Part shown: positions 13,210-25,889 of the stretch, piece by piece | Position numbering within the stretch: the first letter of the stretch is position 1 | How the letters are laid out: the number at the start of each line of letters is the position of its first letter | NCBI RefSeq assembly: GCF_963506605.1 | Contig: NC_083277.1 | Coordinates: 7,936,001-8,000,000, forward strand | Direction: 5' to 3' | Source of the DNA: Zootoca vivipara | Lineage: Eukaryota | Length of the DNA stretch: 64,000 nucleotides | Notes under the pieces: generated by a model | The model's input: the letters and a program-made list of their open reading frames with translations, nothing else | Databases searched by the model: none | Told to the model about the DNA's origin: nothing | Made by a program: the position numbers and the translations under genes

Positions 13210-13624
13210 CTGGAAGGACAAAACAAATGCCTTTCTTAAAGACACTCCAAGGCAAGGTGTGGAAACCATCTCCCCTCAGCTCCCACTCTGATGACAAAAA
13301 GGGGCAACTGGAGATTTTACCTTCAGTGTTTGTTTTTTAATAAGACATTAAAATCTGGATAACTAAATCTAAGACTGGAAAAAACGAGTGTTTTGTCCCA
13401 CCCAACACTCCCTCCTTCCTCCCCTTTCTTAGGTTTGTAAAGACCAAAAATGCTGCCCAGGCTTTATGCATACTGGTTTCTAAATTGGTTTGTGAATTTT
13501 AGTTTTGTTCTAGCAACCATTGGATCACTGTGCCACTTAAGAGACCATTTCAATCAGGTGTTTAGAAATATTGAAAATAAAATTACTACAGCTGCAGATG
13601 GCCAGTTATATCCCCAGGGGCCCA

Positions 13625-13821
13625 CCTTTTTTAAAGCCCTAAACAGCCTTCTGGCAGCAGTTCCCTCCCTGCGAGAAGTGAGGTTAGAGGGAACCAGGCA
13701 AAGCTTTCTCTGTAGTGGCGCCCGCCCTTTGGAATGCCCTCCCACCAGGTGTCAAGGAAATAAACAACTATCTGACTTTTAGAAGACATCTGAAGGCAGC
13801 GTATGAATGAATGAATAAAAT

Positions 13822-13865
<44 letters not shown>
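13625..13865 (+). mobile_element. L2 LINE 3' fragment followed by (ATT)n
   Basis: TFFKALN..VPSLREVRLEGTRQ..ttttagaagacatctgaaggcagc. Confidence 0.7.
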
Positions 13866-13866
<1 letters not shown>

Positions 13867-14029
13867 CTCCTTCTCCCTGGCTGGCAGGAGACTCTCCTGA
13901 CTCTCTGATAACTCCCTGCCATTCCTCCCCATTTCCTCCCATGCGGCCTTTGCTGGGCGATACTTCTGGTTTCTCTGGACAGAGGAGCGTGAGAAAAGGC
14001 AGCAGGATGAGGCCAGAGGCCGGTGAAGG

Positions 14030-14420
14030 CCAGCGAGCAGCGTCGCTTCGGCCTCCCGCTTCCCCTCTCAGGAGAAGACGACATTTCCCTGTAACCTCTT
14101 AGTTCCCCCCAGGAGGGACGTGGCTCCATTCCTTTTGCGCCTCTTTCTACCGGCGTGACCCTCCCTCTCGCCCCCCAATTCCGCCCCTTGATCTGCCGAC
14201 TCCCCCCAGTTACCCGCCTCCAGTGAGGACAGCCGCCGGCAGGCCCAGCATCTCCCCGGGGAAACGGAACAGGAAGCGGAAGCTCCTCCTTTCCCGCCTG
14301 TCTTCCGTTCCGCTCTAGGAACGGCAGCCCCGTCGCTGCTGTTAACCGTTTCGGAGCCTCTTGGTTGCTCCGGGCAGAGAGCGAGCAGAGGCTCCCGTTT
14401 GTTCTCTTGGACTCCGAAGC
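14030..14420 (-). promoter_or_regulatory. CpG-rich putative promoter of A2
   Basis: High CpG, tandem ETS-like aggaagcggaag and a GC box. Lies upstream of the KRAB exon on the minus strand; paralogous to 5010-5330. Confidence 0.55.
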
Positions 14421-14503
14421 AACAAAAGGGCAAAAATATTGTTTAGAAAGAAATTAAACTTCGTATTCCAAAAAAACACATCGCCTATTTTTTATGTGTT
14501 GAG

Positions 14504-14543
<40 letters not shown>

Positions 14544-14677
14544 ACATCTGAAGGCAATCCTGTTTAGGAAAGTTTTTTTATGTTTTATCGTGTTTTTAAT
14601 TAATATTCTGTTGGGAGCCGCCCAGAGTGGCTGATGGGCGGGGTATAAATAAAAATGATGATGATGATGATGATGAT

Positions 14678-14883
14678 GCACGGCTCCAGCCAGTAGAGGG
14701 CAGGTGGGGAGACCGGCAGATCGCCCGTGGAAAAATGCGCTTTGCACTTTCCTTGGAATCCCACCAAAACTCCTCCTCTTCCTCCCTCCTTCCCTCCCTT
14801 TCTCTCTCAATCTCTCTCTTTTTATGCAAGATCCGTGGCGTAGGTATGAAATCTGCAGCCGTCCTTGCAAATATAAATAAACT
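14678..14883 (+). promoter_or_regulatory. Putative non-coding first exon/promoter of gene B; inverted paralog of 61244-61491
   Basis: Donor gtaagt at 14884. Sequence 14678-14990 matches the reverse complement of 61095-61491. A second donor, ACG|gtaaga, lies near 15623. Confidence 0.5.
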
Positions 14884-15118
14884 GTAAGTAAGGAGCCTCC
14901 CTCCCCCTTTTTCAATAGGGTCTCGCCGCGTTTTGACATTTGAATGGATGAGACAGAACTGGGGAACTGGGTGGATGCCGCTTCCAAATTTGAAACTCGG
15001 CTGCAAACCATCAACCAGCCAAGGATAAAACCTCAAGAATCTTGAGTTCAGACCATCGGTTACCCGTTCACCTCGCTCAGCGTTGCCTGCGCGGACTGGC
15101 AGCGGCTCTCCTGTATTT

Positions 15119-15170
<52 letters not shown>

Positions 15171-15749
15171 CCATGATCTGATCTGATCCTTTTGCATGCA
15201 AAGTTTGTCCCTCTTTGCCCATGATCTATGGTCTCTTCCGTTGCAAACGAAGCGAGATTCCCTCGGCGTTCAAAAGGGCGAGCTGCTTCAGTAGGAGCGG
15301 AGGAAACTGACTTCCACCCCTTGGCTCAACTAGTATTGGCTGCACTGGCCGGCAGGGGCTGTCCCAAACCCCCATTCAGCCGAGTGCAGAGTGCCTTTGA
15401 ATGCAAAGGAGATCCCCCCAACAGGAAGGAAGGAGGAGGAATGGAATGCAGAGCAGGGGAGGGGGCTTTGGGGTGGAAGAAAAATTCCCTATTTAGAGGG
15501 ATCATTTCTCTTGATACCTTGGCTTTCTCCTTCTCCTCCTTCTTCCCCTTTCATTATTATTATAATTATTCCTGGGCGAAGGTTTGAATTTGGTTTTAGA
15601 GGCCCTACCTGATTGGATTTACGGTAAGAAAAGAAGTTTAAAAAACTAAAGCCATTTCCAAGGTCTCTCCCCCTCCCTCACCGCCTTCCGCAGCAGAGAC
15701 TAAAAGGCTAAAAATAACTTTCTTCTTTGTCGAAAAATATTTAAATAAT

Positions 15750-15860
15750 TGTTCAGTAGCACCTTAGAGACCAACGACCAGCTAAGTTTGTTAGTTGGTC
15801 TCTAAGGTGCTACTGGACATTTAAAAAAAATTTTTTTTACTACATCAGACCAACAGAATC
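15750..15860. mobile_element. Penelope-like inverted terminal remnant
   Basis: cagtagcaccttagagaccaac ... gttggtctctaaggtgctactg palindrome, shared with 21250, 33434, 55490 and 62320. Confidence 0.65.
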
Positions 15861-16613
15861 TTTCTTCTTTGGTGGAAAGCTGTAATTGCATCTTTGAATT
15901 TTTATTTTTCATTTTTGAATTTTTAATTTTTTTTGGGGGGGGGGTAAGAAGGGAGAAAATAAAGACATAGGAAAAATTATGTTTGAGGGGGGGATTTTTT
16001 TAAAAAGGAATGCCAACAGGCACTGGCTTTAAGTGAAAAATTATGCCCTTATTAATACAAACATCTGGAAATCCCAAAGGGACTGCAAGGTTGTAGCTCC
16101 CAGATATGGTATTTTATACCCCCTGAACTAACATATATTCATGAGCTAATCGGTCACATAATTACAACACCTTTTCCCACAACAGTCACAACCCACCCAT
16201 ATGATTTCAACCAACTAGGAATTATTATTACTATTAATTAAATTTGTATACCCCCCTATAAGCGCAGGTCTCAGGGCAGAATCCGTTAGCTCTTCTTACA
16301 AACGCTCCCTAACTTCTCATTAATTACAGTATTATTATTATTTTAAGCTAATGTGCTGTTACCTATTTATTTTTCAGTGTCCTGTTTGTTATTTACTGTA
16401 TTCAGTTAGATGCATACCAACATTGCTTTCATTATCTGTGAATAGTATAGCAGTCATACTAGTGTCCTAAGCCGTTTTCGCGCAGTGAGGAAAGGGGAGA
16501 AAACTGAATTAAGGGAGGCAGCTAATTAGCCTTTATCCCTAACATGATCCTTGATTTCTGGTTCAAACTCCTGATGTGGTGTTTTGTTTTGTTTTTTTAA
16601 TCCTTCTATGCAG

Positions 16614-16907
16614 TGGATGGGCAGGAGAGTGAGAATTATCAGGAGCTGCTGCTTTGGGAAGAAGCAAGTATAACATGAAGAAACAAATATTTAAAAATCA
16701 GCAGGAATTAAAAGAGGAGTGGAATACATTTTGTGCTCCACAGAAAGGAGAACACCATATAAATGAGAAGATCGAAGGAGGAGCTTCAGTTGCAGTCCTG
16801 CCCTAAGGATAGTAAGAGTTTCCACACTGGAAGAATGCTTATAAATGCATGAATGGTGCAAAGAGTTTCAGTTGTAGTGAAAACCATACTTCACATCAAA
16901 CTGTAGA
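16614..16907 (+). pseudogene. Decayed internal ZNF exon (linker + degenerate fingers) upstream of gene B
   Basis: Acceptor ttctatgcag; remnants ttccacactggaaga..tataaatgcatgaatggtgcaaagagtttcagttg; contains stop codons; gtaagg donor-like end. Confidence 0.45.
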
Positions 16908-17050
16908 GTAAGGGAAGAAAGAGGAATCTTTACTTCCTTTTTGAAATCTTTGAACTCCTAGGATACCCACCTTCTTTTCGTTTTTCCCATAGCAGCTGAT
17001 TTCTGACATTCTTCTGAAGTGACATTGCGGAAAAACAGGTCGGAAGAGAG

Positions 17051-18859
17051 ATGGCTGGGAAAAAAAGGGGTCGAAAGAGGAACGAGGGAAACCAGGGGAA
17101 GAAAACCTCTACTTCTCAGAGCACCGATGTCCGCAAACTCCCTTTTCCACAAGGCCACAAAGGAAGAAGGGAAAAGTGCCCAGACTGTGGGAAGACATTC
17201 AGATCTAAATCACATTTAAATAGACACTGCAAAATCCACACAAGGGGGGAGATATATAAATGTGAGGAGTGTGGAAAGAGCTTCAGTGAAAGGGGAGACC
17301 TTACTTCACATCGGAGAACTCACAGACGTGAGAAGCGATATGAATGTGTGGAGTGTGAAAAGAGCTTCAATTGTATCAAAACCCTCACTGTACATCAAAG
17401 AACTCACACAGGGGAGAAGCCATATCAATGTTTGGAGTGTGGAAAGAGCTTCAGTCAAACAGGAGCCCTTACCAGCCATCAAAGAACCCACACAGGGGAG
17501 AAGCCATATGATTGTATGGAGTGCGGGAAGAGCTTCAGAGATACTGGAAAACTTGCTGTGCACCTAAGAACCCACACAGGGCTGAAGCCATATGAATGTA
17601 TGGAGTGTGGAAAATGCTTCTGTCAGAAAGGAGGCCTTACTGTCCATCAAAGAACACACACAGGGGAGAAACCATATGAATGCCTGGTGTGTGGAAAGTG
17701 CTTCTGTCAGAAAGGAGGCCTTACTGTCCATCAAAGAACACACACAGGGGAGAAACCATATGAATGCATGGAGTGTGGGAAGAGCTTCAGTCAACAGGGA
17801 CACTTTATTTCACATCAAAGAACACACAAGGGGGAGAAACCATATAAATGTAAGGAATGTGGAAAGAGCTTCTCTCATACTTTAGGACTTAACAGACATC
17901 AAATAATCCATACAGCAGCAAATCCCTGTGAATGTGTGGAGTGTGGAAAGAAGTTCAGAAACAGTAGCTATCTAACTAGACATTTAAGAACACACACAGG
18001 GCTAAAACCATATAAATGTTTGGAATGTGGAAAGAATTTCGGCCATAGTGGAAGCCTTGTTCTCCATCAAAGAATCCATACAGGGGAGAAACCATATAAA
18101 TGTATGGAGTGTGGGAAGAACTTCCGTTGTAGTGGAAGCCTTACTTCCCATCAGAGAAGTCATACAGGGGAGAAGCCGTATGTGTGTGTGGTATGCAGAA
18201 AGAGGTTCAAGTGTAGTGGCCATCTTTTTCAGCATAAAATAGTTCACGCAGGTTTGAAGCCATATGAATGCGATAAGTGTGGGAAATGCTTCACTCAGAG
18301 AGGAAGCCTTAATGTACATCAAAGAAGCCACACAGGGGAGAAACCTTATGAATGCACACAGTGTGGAAAGAGCTTCAGTGAGAGAAAATATCTTACTGTA
18401 CATCTAAGAATCCACACAGGGGAGAAACCATATAAATGTGTTGAGTGTGGAAGGAGCTTTAGAGTTAGCGGCTCACTTTCTCTGCATCGAAGAACCCACA
18501 CAGGGGAGAAGCCATTTAAATGTGAGGAGTGTGGAAAGAGCTTCACTATGAAAGGAAACCTAACTACGCATGAAAGAATCCATGCAGGCGTGAAACCATT
18601 TCAATGTGTGGAATGTGGAAGGTGCTTCGGTTGTAGCGGAAGCCTTACTAAGCATCAAAGAACTCACACAGGGGAGAAGCCATATCAGTGTATGGAGTGT
18701 GGAAAGCGCTTCATTCAATCAGGAGCCCTTACCACCCATCAAAGCATCCACACAGGGGAGAAGCCGTATGAATGCAAGGAGTGTGGAAAGAGCTTTTGTT
18801 TTAAATCAAACCTTACTCAACATCAAAGAAACCACGAAGGGAAGAAACTATTTACATGA
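17051..18859 (+). CDS. C2H2 zinc-finger protein B, 602 aa, 20 fingers, apparently KRAB-less
   Basis: Uninterrupted ORF with 20 canonical fingers. ATG in good Kozak context (gagATGG). NAGNAG acceptor at 16990-16995, but the linker upstream has TGA and is out of frame. Confidence 0.9.
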   Translation: MAGKKRGRKRNEGNQGKKTSTSQSTDVRKLPFPQGHKGRREKCPDCGKTFRSKSHLNRHCKIHTRGEIYKCEECGKSFSERGDLTSHRRTHRREKRYECVECEKSFNCIKTLTVHQRTHTGEKPYQCLECGKSFSQTGALTSHQRTHTGEKPYDCMECGKSFRDTGKLAVHLRTHTGLKPYECMECGKCFCQKGGLTVHQRTHTGEKPYECLVCGKCFCQKGGLTVHQRTHTGEKPYECMECGKSFSQQGHFISHQRTHKGEKPYKCKECGKSFSHTLGLNRHQIIHTAANPCECVECGKKFRNSSYLTRHLRTHTGLKPYKCLECGKNFGHSGSLVLHQRIHTGEKPYKCMECGKNFRCSGSLTSHQRSHTGEKPYVCVVCRKRFKCSGHLFQHKIVHAGLKPYECDKCGKCFTQRGSLNVHQRSHTGEKPYECTQCGKSFSERKYLTVHLRIHTGEKPYKCVECGRSFRVSGSLSLHRRTHTGEKPFKCEECGKSFTMKGNLTTHERIHAGVKPFQCVECGRCFGCSGSLTKHQRTHTGEKPYQCMECGKRFIQSGALTTHQSIHTGEKPYECKECGKSFCFKSNLTQHQRNHEGKKLFT

Positions 18860-18899
18860 GAGTGTGATTAAATCCCTTTCTTATTAAGGCCTCTTTTTT

Positions 18900-19475
18900 T
18901 TTAAAAAAAAGTATTTTTATTAAAGCTTTAAAAAAGAGATACAAAGATTAGTATCCAATTATCTTTTTAAAATACAAAAAGGCAAAAGAAATAGGAAAAG
19001 GGAGGGATTCTAATTCCTTGCTTGTCAGCTATATCTAAACAATTATTCAAAACTTTCACTCCAAGGTAAACACCTGGTATATTTTCCATAAACGCGTATA
19101 CTGTACTGTTCAATCTCCAAACCTAGATATCACAAGTTCATCCACCCCCCCACAAAAAGCCCATAAGGGGTTTCCAATAATTATTAATTAACAATGATTT
19201 TTCTGTGATTAAGTACGTCAGCTTCGCCATCTCAGCCAAGTCCAGTAATTTCCACAACACTTCCTCCATAGCAAGTAATGTTAAATATTTCCATCTTTCT
19301 GTATAATAAAAGTCTTGCCGCCATATTCATGTATTCAAATAATCGTCCACAATCATTTTCTAATTGCATATCCGTTAGTCCTGAAAGGAAAAGATCTTGC
19401 TTCAATTGAACATTAGCTTTTTAAATCTTCTGCATCAATTTACTGTATATATTTGTATTTCTTAGCTTTTGTACA
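18900..19475 (-). mobile_element. L1 LINE 3' remnant
   Basis: Minus strand encodes ..LDLAEMAKLTYL.. (squamate L1 ORF2 C-terminus) followed by a T-rich 3' UTR. Confidence 0.6.
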
Positions 19476-19499
19476 TTTTGTTAGGGGGGGAACCAAGAG

Positions 19500-20800
19500 A
19501 CTAAGTCTTACAGCAACGCTTTGATACTAGGCTGAAAATGGTCAATACAGATGTAATTGTGCTGAAAGAGATTCCCCTGAAGATATTGACTAATTATTTT
19601 TACAGGTAAACTGAAGCAGAAAGGAATCTAGCTTAGATGGGACATACCAGAGGGAGTAATTTTTACTTTTGAAGAACAAATATTTACAGACAAATTTACT
19701 GTAAATCTGAAATTGAATAAACACAAATACAAAAGAGACAATACAAGATGGGGTCAGAAAATCACAGCAATCACAACAGAAAGTGGAGGTTGAAGATACA
19801 AAGTTGGGTGATAAAGAAACACGGGAAAAGGTATAAACTATTTGAATAAAAAAGAACCTAGGTGAGGACTAACAGGACTGAAGAAAAGAGAGTGAGCTGT
19901 TTTATATATATATTCTCAACTCTGTTGAAACTTTCTGGTGAACAAGGTAAGTATGTTGGACAAACTTTGGTTGTAGACCTCCATGCCCCAAATGAAGAAA
20001 AAACAGCATTTTATTAATGTGTTGCTTTACTTTGGTTTACTTTGGCTACTGGGGTTGATAAGGTTGAAATATTACCTTAGATTTTTTTCAGATCACAATC
20101 CAGTTATACTGACTTTTAAAAAGAAAAAATGGTTTCTTTAGATGGTGACTCAATGAAATGTAGCTGCAACAGGAAAAGGTTGTATAGGACTGCAAACAGA
20201 AGCTAAAATAATTATTTGAGAATAATTCAGGTATAAGGATACAAATGGTTGGGGATGCAAGCAAACTTTTTGTACAGCACAATTTTTTACTCGAAAGATG
20301 AGAAAATTATAAAGATTTAAAATGGAACTTTCAAGCTGCATACCTTTGCTGATGCTCATTATGCAGTGACAGACTGGCTTCAATTAAAATTAAATGTTTA
20401 ATTTAGATAGGCAAAATGGTTTTATGAACCAGAGTTCACAATTTGAAAGGGATCTGATAGAAAAGGCGGATAAAAAGACAGTATAGACCAAAGAACGGCA
20501 GACAATAAGCATGTTGTTGCAAAACTGTATAAGCATTTGTTGAAATCTGAAACTCAAGAAGAAGTTAAATAAGGCATGCATGATTAAATGGGCAAAAGAT
20601 TGTTATAATATACAGGTGGAACAGGGGCAACATGTGGACCAAAGGATCAAAATTCACACTGTATTCTGATCTTAAAAGAGAAATTTTATAAAATGAGGTT
20701 TTGGAAGTTAGAAAGGAGTTCCAAATGTTTGTTGGAAGTTTGAAAAATATGAAGTGACATTTTACTATGCTTGGTGGACATGCAAAAAAGCTTAATAAGA
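19500..20800 (+). mobile_element. Highly decayed L1 ORF1/ORF2 pieces
   Basis: A-rich remnants such as tatgcttggtggacatgcaaaaaagc (WWTC zinc-knuckle region) and tttgctgatg (RT F/YAD motif). Confidence 0.45.
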
Positions 20801-20814
20801 CTACTTTGAGCCAA

Positions 20815-21147
20815 TTTGGTGACCCTGCAGGGCTGTTGTGTTCAAGTCAGCAACAAAGGGGGTTGGAGAGCCAGGCTGTCCTAGGCTCCCCTCCTTCATG
20901 ACAGAAGCGAACGCAAACAGAGAGTAGCCAGACATTGTTATACTGCAGGGGACCCAGCAGTGGAAATCTTTTCGAGACAAAATTATTGGGAGGAGAGTGG
21001 CTGGGGGCACAAGTTTGCATAGGGGGCTCAAAACCTTGTGGAGTTGCCATGCTTGTAATTAATAAATGTCCACTTGTTATTAATAAAATTTTGATAGATC
21101 CTAAAGGGACGTATTCAGTGCTTTTTATCTGGGGGGACCCTTAAACA
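20815..21147 (+). mobile_element. Possible LTR fragment
   Basis: AATAAA signals followed by a U5-like stretch ending ..cccttaaaCA; 5' end and TSD not resolved. Confidence 0.3.
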
Positions 21148-21249
21148 TTTTGTGAATCTAAGTTTGGCCTCATTGAGGGGCAGTATTTCAACATGAGTAG
21201 GAAAATGAGACCAAAATAAAAATAAAAACTATTTTATTTCCAAAATAAA

Positions 21250-21335
21250 AACTTAGTTGGTCTTTAAGGTGCTACTGAAGGAATTTTTTTATTTTACTTC
21301 GATCCAGACCAACACGGCTACCTACCTGTAACCAG
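21250..21335. mobile_element. Penelope-like terminal remnant
   Basis: cttagttggtctttaaggtgctac..cagaccaacacggctacctacctgtaac. Confidence 0.6.
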
Positions 21336-21836
21336 GAAAATGAGAGTACTCCTTAACCTTTTTTTTGGGGGGGGGAGCAGTGGAAATATGTGCATGTATA
21401 AATGGAACACCATTGACTGAACAACTTGCCTTTTGCAAGTTTACTCCTGGATCTCTGAGCATATCAATTTTTCAAAGAACACTCTGCAAGTGTTACAATC
21501 CTTTCCGACCGGTACTATCATCTTAGGAGGTGACTCAAATGTTTGTTGCAATCGGGCCATGGGCAGCAGTGGCTGTTGTTCCTGAATCATCCAGCGAGAG
21601 TCAACTGAATGATCTGTCTTTGACCTCATGGACATGTGCTGAGTGCTACACCCCACAAAAGACTTTCCACACACACTCCGCACAAAGGTTCATAATTCTT
21701 ACTCTTGTATCGAGCATTATCTTTTACAGAAAGCATTATGGGAGAGAGTGCAAGATGAGGAACTAGATCTCATCATTGTATCTGAGCCTGCTCCAATCTC
21801 TTTTTTCTCTGTCAATTAAATATTTCACTAGAAGTA

Positions 21837-22190
21837 GGGATGCCAGTGGCCCTGTGGGGCTTGCCGATCAGAAGGTCAGTGGTTCAATCCCCACAACGGA
21901 GTGAGCTCCTGTTCTGTCCCTGCTCCTGCCAACCTAGCAGTTCGAAAGCATACCAGCGCAAGTAGATAAATAGGTGACGGGAAGGTAAATGTCGTTTCCA
22001 TACGCTCAGGTTTCCACTGTGGTGTTCTGTTGCACCAGAAGCGGTTTAGTCCTGCTGGCCACATGACCCAGAAAGATGTTTGGACAAACGCCGGCTGCCT
22101 TGGCCTGAAAGCGAGATGAGTGCCGCAACCTTATAGTCGCCATGGACTGGACTTGACCATTCAGGGGTCCTTTACCTTTACCTTTTTACT
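21837..22190 (+). mobile_element. Sauria SINE
   Basis: ctgccaacctagcagttcgaaagc core, ACCTTT tail, flanking actagaag repeats. Confidence 0.85.
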
Positions 22191-22481
22191 TATTTACTAG
22201 AAGCATTTGCCTGCCTAGAGAGGGGTTTTTATTATACTATACATAAGTCCAAGGTTCTGGACAAAGCATTTATGCGTTTAACTAAACACTTCTATTCGAG
22301 CTCATCAGAAATACTTCGTGTCAATGGCCATAATTTCACATTTAAAAAGAAAAACCAAAAAGCTCCACCTCTTTTGTGCAGAACTGCTCCTGCACCTCCA
22401 GCTGTATTGAAAATAAATTTAAAATTGCTATGGCAGGGAGAGGGGAAGAGAGGAAGCAGGAGTGTTTTAATACCGGTAGTT

Positions 22482-22521
<40 letters not shown>

Positions 22522-22790
22522 TATTTCTTTTTTTTATTCAAGTGACTCAAATCCTTGTCTGGCTTAAAGCTACACGCATATTTTTCAAATTTTTTGACTT
22601 CCGTTTTGGGCAAATCTAGAACATCACAAAACGTATTTCAAATAATAATTTTATAAAAAATTGCATGTGTGCAGTGAAACAAATCCCCACAACGGACCTA
22701 GGTTTCCTGGCTTACAGCGGCCCTGACACCTTCGTTTTTAAATGTCTGACTGCTCCTCCGTGCAAATCTGATACACAAGTATCTAGAAGA

Positions 22791-23900
22791 GCAATCCACT
22801 AAAATGAATGGTCCGGACTGAAGCAGAGCTCTCTCCCCCCCCCCCCCAGGAGGACCCGGGCTGCGCAATCCCAGACTCCCTGCTGGTTTGAGGTTGCGAT
22901 TGTTTCACTGATGATTTGTTAAATTATTTCATATGATTGATGTTGTATTTGGGATGTTCTATCTTGTTATTCAATGCTTGTAAGCAGCTTTGGGATTCGT
23001 TTGAATTGAAAGTGGCACAGAAATATAATTCAATCAAATGAATGAAATCCACCCCAAGGGAGCTTTGAATGGAAGCGGGAGCGCGGCGCCACCTGCAGGC
23101 TGGGAGCCGCCACTACAAGCAAGGAAGTAATAATACCGCCCTTCTTTCCCCTCCCCTTCCAGTCAGCGCGGAGCAGCTGGACGTTCCAAGTCCTCCCTTC
23201 GCGGTGGCTGCTGGGAGTCGTAGTTTCCTTCCTCCACCGGGACGGTGAGATTCCGTGGCAGCCGCGCTCGGCGGCACTGGCTTTCCCGTCATGCCTTGGG
23301 GCGAGAGCGAAAGAGGCGCGCAGGGCGTCGGACGAGAAGGACGACGGCCGAGCGGCGCTTGAGGTAGGCGCAGCCGGGTGGGGGGCGGAGGTTTCTGGAG
23401 GCCGCAAAGGGGGCCTTGGGGGCCACTCTGCCTTCATAGGGATGGTGATGGGGGTGAGAAGGGAGGGAGGAAAACCCCGTCGCTGAATCGGACCAGTGGT
23501 CCAGCTAGCTCAGTATTGCCTGCGTGGGCTGGCAGCAGCTCCCCCTGATGGCGGGCCCAGGGCTCTTCCCAGCCCAACAGGGGATGGAGCCCGGGACCTT
23601 CTGCATACCAAGCAGCTGCTCTGCCCGTGAGCTTCCTCCCTCCCCCCGAAGCGCAGGAATCTGCCTCCCACTGAATCTTGCAAAGGAGGCGACTAGAGTC
23701 GCACAAGGATTGGGATATGGAGGTTTTCACAAAGCTTCCTGCGCCTCAGTCCATTGTTCAGAGCAACAGTGTTGCCCACACGGACTGGCAGCGGCCCTCC
23801 AGGGTCTTCTTCCCCAGCAAAACCTGGAGGTGAACTCAGGACCTTCTGCATGCAAAGCAGGTGCTCTGCCACTGAGCCACTGCCCTCCCCCAAGATGCGC
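22791..23900 (+). repeat. Segmental duplicate (~1.1 kb), inverted copy of 45160-46273; carries the promoter of gene C
   Basis: Near-identical reverse-complement sequence; the ORF track shows matching peptides (23030..23437 - and 45638/45649 +). Confidence 0.92.
23070..23420 (+). promoter_or_regulatory. CpG-island promoter/first exon of gene C with a ZNF143-type motif
   Basis: Dense CpG. ctgggagtcgtagt (= ACTACGACTCCCAG) at ~23210-23224. Candidate donors CG|gtgaga (~23245) and GAG|gtaggc (23364). Confidence 0.65.
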
Positions 23901-24092
23901 AGATGTCCTGATTTATCTGGTTAAATATATTTTTAAAAAATGGTACACAGCTGCTGTAGGAGTGGACTTTAAAGAAAAGCAGAGCGTTTTCATTGTGGTG
24001 GCTCTTTTCTGCCCCTTTTTACCACTCTGCAGTATCCTCCTTGAGATGCAGGAGTCCGTGAGAGGAAGGCTCCTTCTTTTCTTGCTTTCGAG

Positions 24093-24221
24093 GTCCTGTG
24101 ATCTTTGTGGAGGTGGCTGTGCACTTTTCCACAGAGGAGGAGTGGGCTCTGCTTTATCCAGGCCAGAGGGCCCTGCACAGGGAAGTTATGGAGGAGAATT
24201 GTGGAAATATGGATTCTGTGG
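24093..24221 (+). CDS. KRAB-A exon of gene C (divergent)
   Basis: [42 protein letters not shown]|gtaagg; phase-1 end in frame with the exon at 26385; atypical cgag acceptor. Confidence 0.8.
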
Positions 24222-24428
24222 GTAAGGCTCCTTCTTTTTCTTGGCTGAGTTACTGAAAGCAGGGAAAATTGGTGATTTTAAAAATTATCTGTATGAAGAC
24301 CCTCCTGCAGCCATGCCACAATCCTTTCTGACTCAGGATTTAGAAAATCCTGAGGGGTAGGAAAAAGAGGGTAATTTATTGTCCATTATGTTCCAGACCA
24401 CCCTGACCTTTCTGTGTAACAAAGGACT

Positions 24429-24670
24429 TGTTGTTTAGTCGTTTAGTCATGTCCGACTCTTCGTGACCCCATGGACCAGAGTACGCCAGGCACTCCTGTC
24501 TTCCACTGTCTCCCACAGTTTGGTCAAACTCATGTTCGTAGCTTCGAGAACACTGTCCAACCATCTCGTCCTCTGTCTTCCCCTTCTCCTAGTGCCCTCC
24601 ATCTTTCCCAACATCAAGGTCTTTTCCAAGGATTCTTCTCTTCTCATGAGGTGGCCAAAGTATTGGAGCC
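24429..24670 (-). mobile_element. BovB 3' fragment (5'-truncated)
   Basis: MRREESLEKTLMLGK..VHGVTKSR; 11-bp TSD aacaaaggact. Confidence 0.92.
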
Positions 24671-25105
24671 AACAAAGGACTAGAGTGGTCCAAAATGGAT
24701 TGAATGATAAATTTTTCCTTTTTGCTGCTCTATGCTTTCTTTAAAACCCTTTCCCCAGTTGTTTAGGGTCCCCTGTTTTATTTGCACTACAGTCACTCCC
24801 TACCCCCTCTGCCTATCCGAAGGATTGTCAGAAGCCCAGAATTTCTCTTGCTTTCAGAGACCGCCTGTCACCTTTGATCCACTCTTGTTTGTAAGTTTTG
24901 CTTCCTCCAGGAAGTGCTGCTTCTTACACTCCCCCTGCCTTCCTTAACATAGGTTCCCTGACTTAAAAAATCCCTTCATTCAGCCTGTTCTTGAAGGTTT
25001 CCTGTCCCCCAGACCTCCCTCCCTTACCACCCCCTTTTAATTCTGTTTTCCTTCCTCTATGGGGTAAAACCAGTATGTTGTAGTGGTTGGAGTGTCTGAC
25101 TAGAA

Positions 25106-25241
25106 CAGGCACTGGCAACCTTGGCCCACCAGATGTTTTGGAACTACAATTCCCATCATCCCTGACCACTAGTCCTGTTAGCTCAGGATCATGGGAGTTG
25201 TAGTCCCAAAACACCTGGCGGGCCGAGGTTGCCTATACCTA
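25106..25241. mobile_element. Palindromic ~135-bp hAT MITE
   Basis: Perfect 8-bp TSD gactagaa; internal inverted ACTACAATTCCC / GGGAGTTGTAGT. Confidence 0.85.
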
Positions 25242-25296
25242 GACTAGAACCCGGGAGACCAGGGTTCAAATCACAACTCGGCCAGGAAACTCACTA

Positions 25297-25531
25297 CCAT
25301 GTTTTCCCCAAAATAAGACACTGTCTTATATTTATTTTTCCTCAAGAAGACCACTATGACTTATTTTCAGGGGATGTCTTTTTTTTTTATTACGCATCCA
25401 GCGTCGCCTCTTCCTTGGTGCCCTCCAGAACTCCGCCTATCACTGTGTCTTATTTTCAGGGTATGCGCAAATGCTTAGAAATCCTGCTACGGCTTATTTT
25501 ATGGGTATGTCTTATTTTCGGGGAAACAGGG
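25297..25531. mobile_element. Tc1/mariner-superfamily (Tc2/pogo-like) MITE
   Basis: TIRs ccatgttttccccaaaataagaca / tgtcttattttcggggaaacaggg, TA TSD. Confidence 0.8.
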
Positions 25532-25889
25532 TAGAATGAGTTTCTTGGGACTGTCTCTCATCACAGGGTTGTTGGGGTTAATTGAGGTCAGGAAGAGACG
25601 AGTATGGCACCTGGAACTCCATGAAGAAAAAGCTGGAAGAAAAATACAATAAATAAAGAAAAGCTTCCACCAGACTTTTCCTCTGCCATTCTCTGTCTCA
25701 CACTGCTCTCTCTTCCCCCTCTTCCTCTTGTCTCCTTCACCCTCTGTATTTTTCTCTTGCTGAATCTCTACTTTTCACCCTCTATGTTTCTAGCTCCCCT
25801 CTACTTGTTTTCTCTTAGTTGTGACACCCTTGGAAAGTGGAGCCAGCTGCTATTTTTTTATCCTGCTGTGAGTATTTCTCAGTTATGAC

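Larger units (their letters stand above)
25066..25650 (+). mobile_element. Old tRNA-derived MIR-like SINE hosting two nested MITEs
   Basis: Head tgttgtagtggttggagtgtctgactagaa|cccgggagaccagggttcaaatc, resuming after the inserts with cacagggttgttgggg. Confidence 0.55.

Noticed and set aside
17150-18840. Regular 84-nt periodicity resembling a CRISPR-like array
   Set aside because: These are C2H2 finger coding repeats in a eukaryote; no repeat-spacer structure or cas genes.
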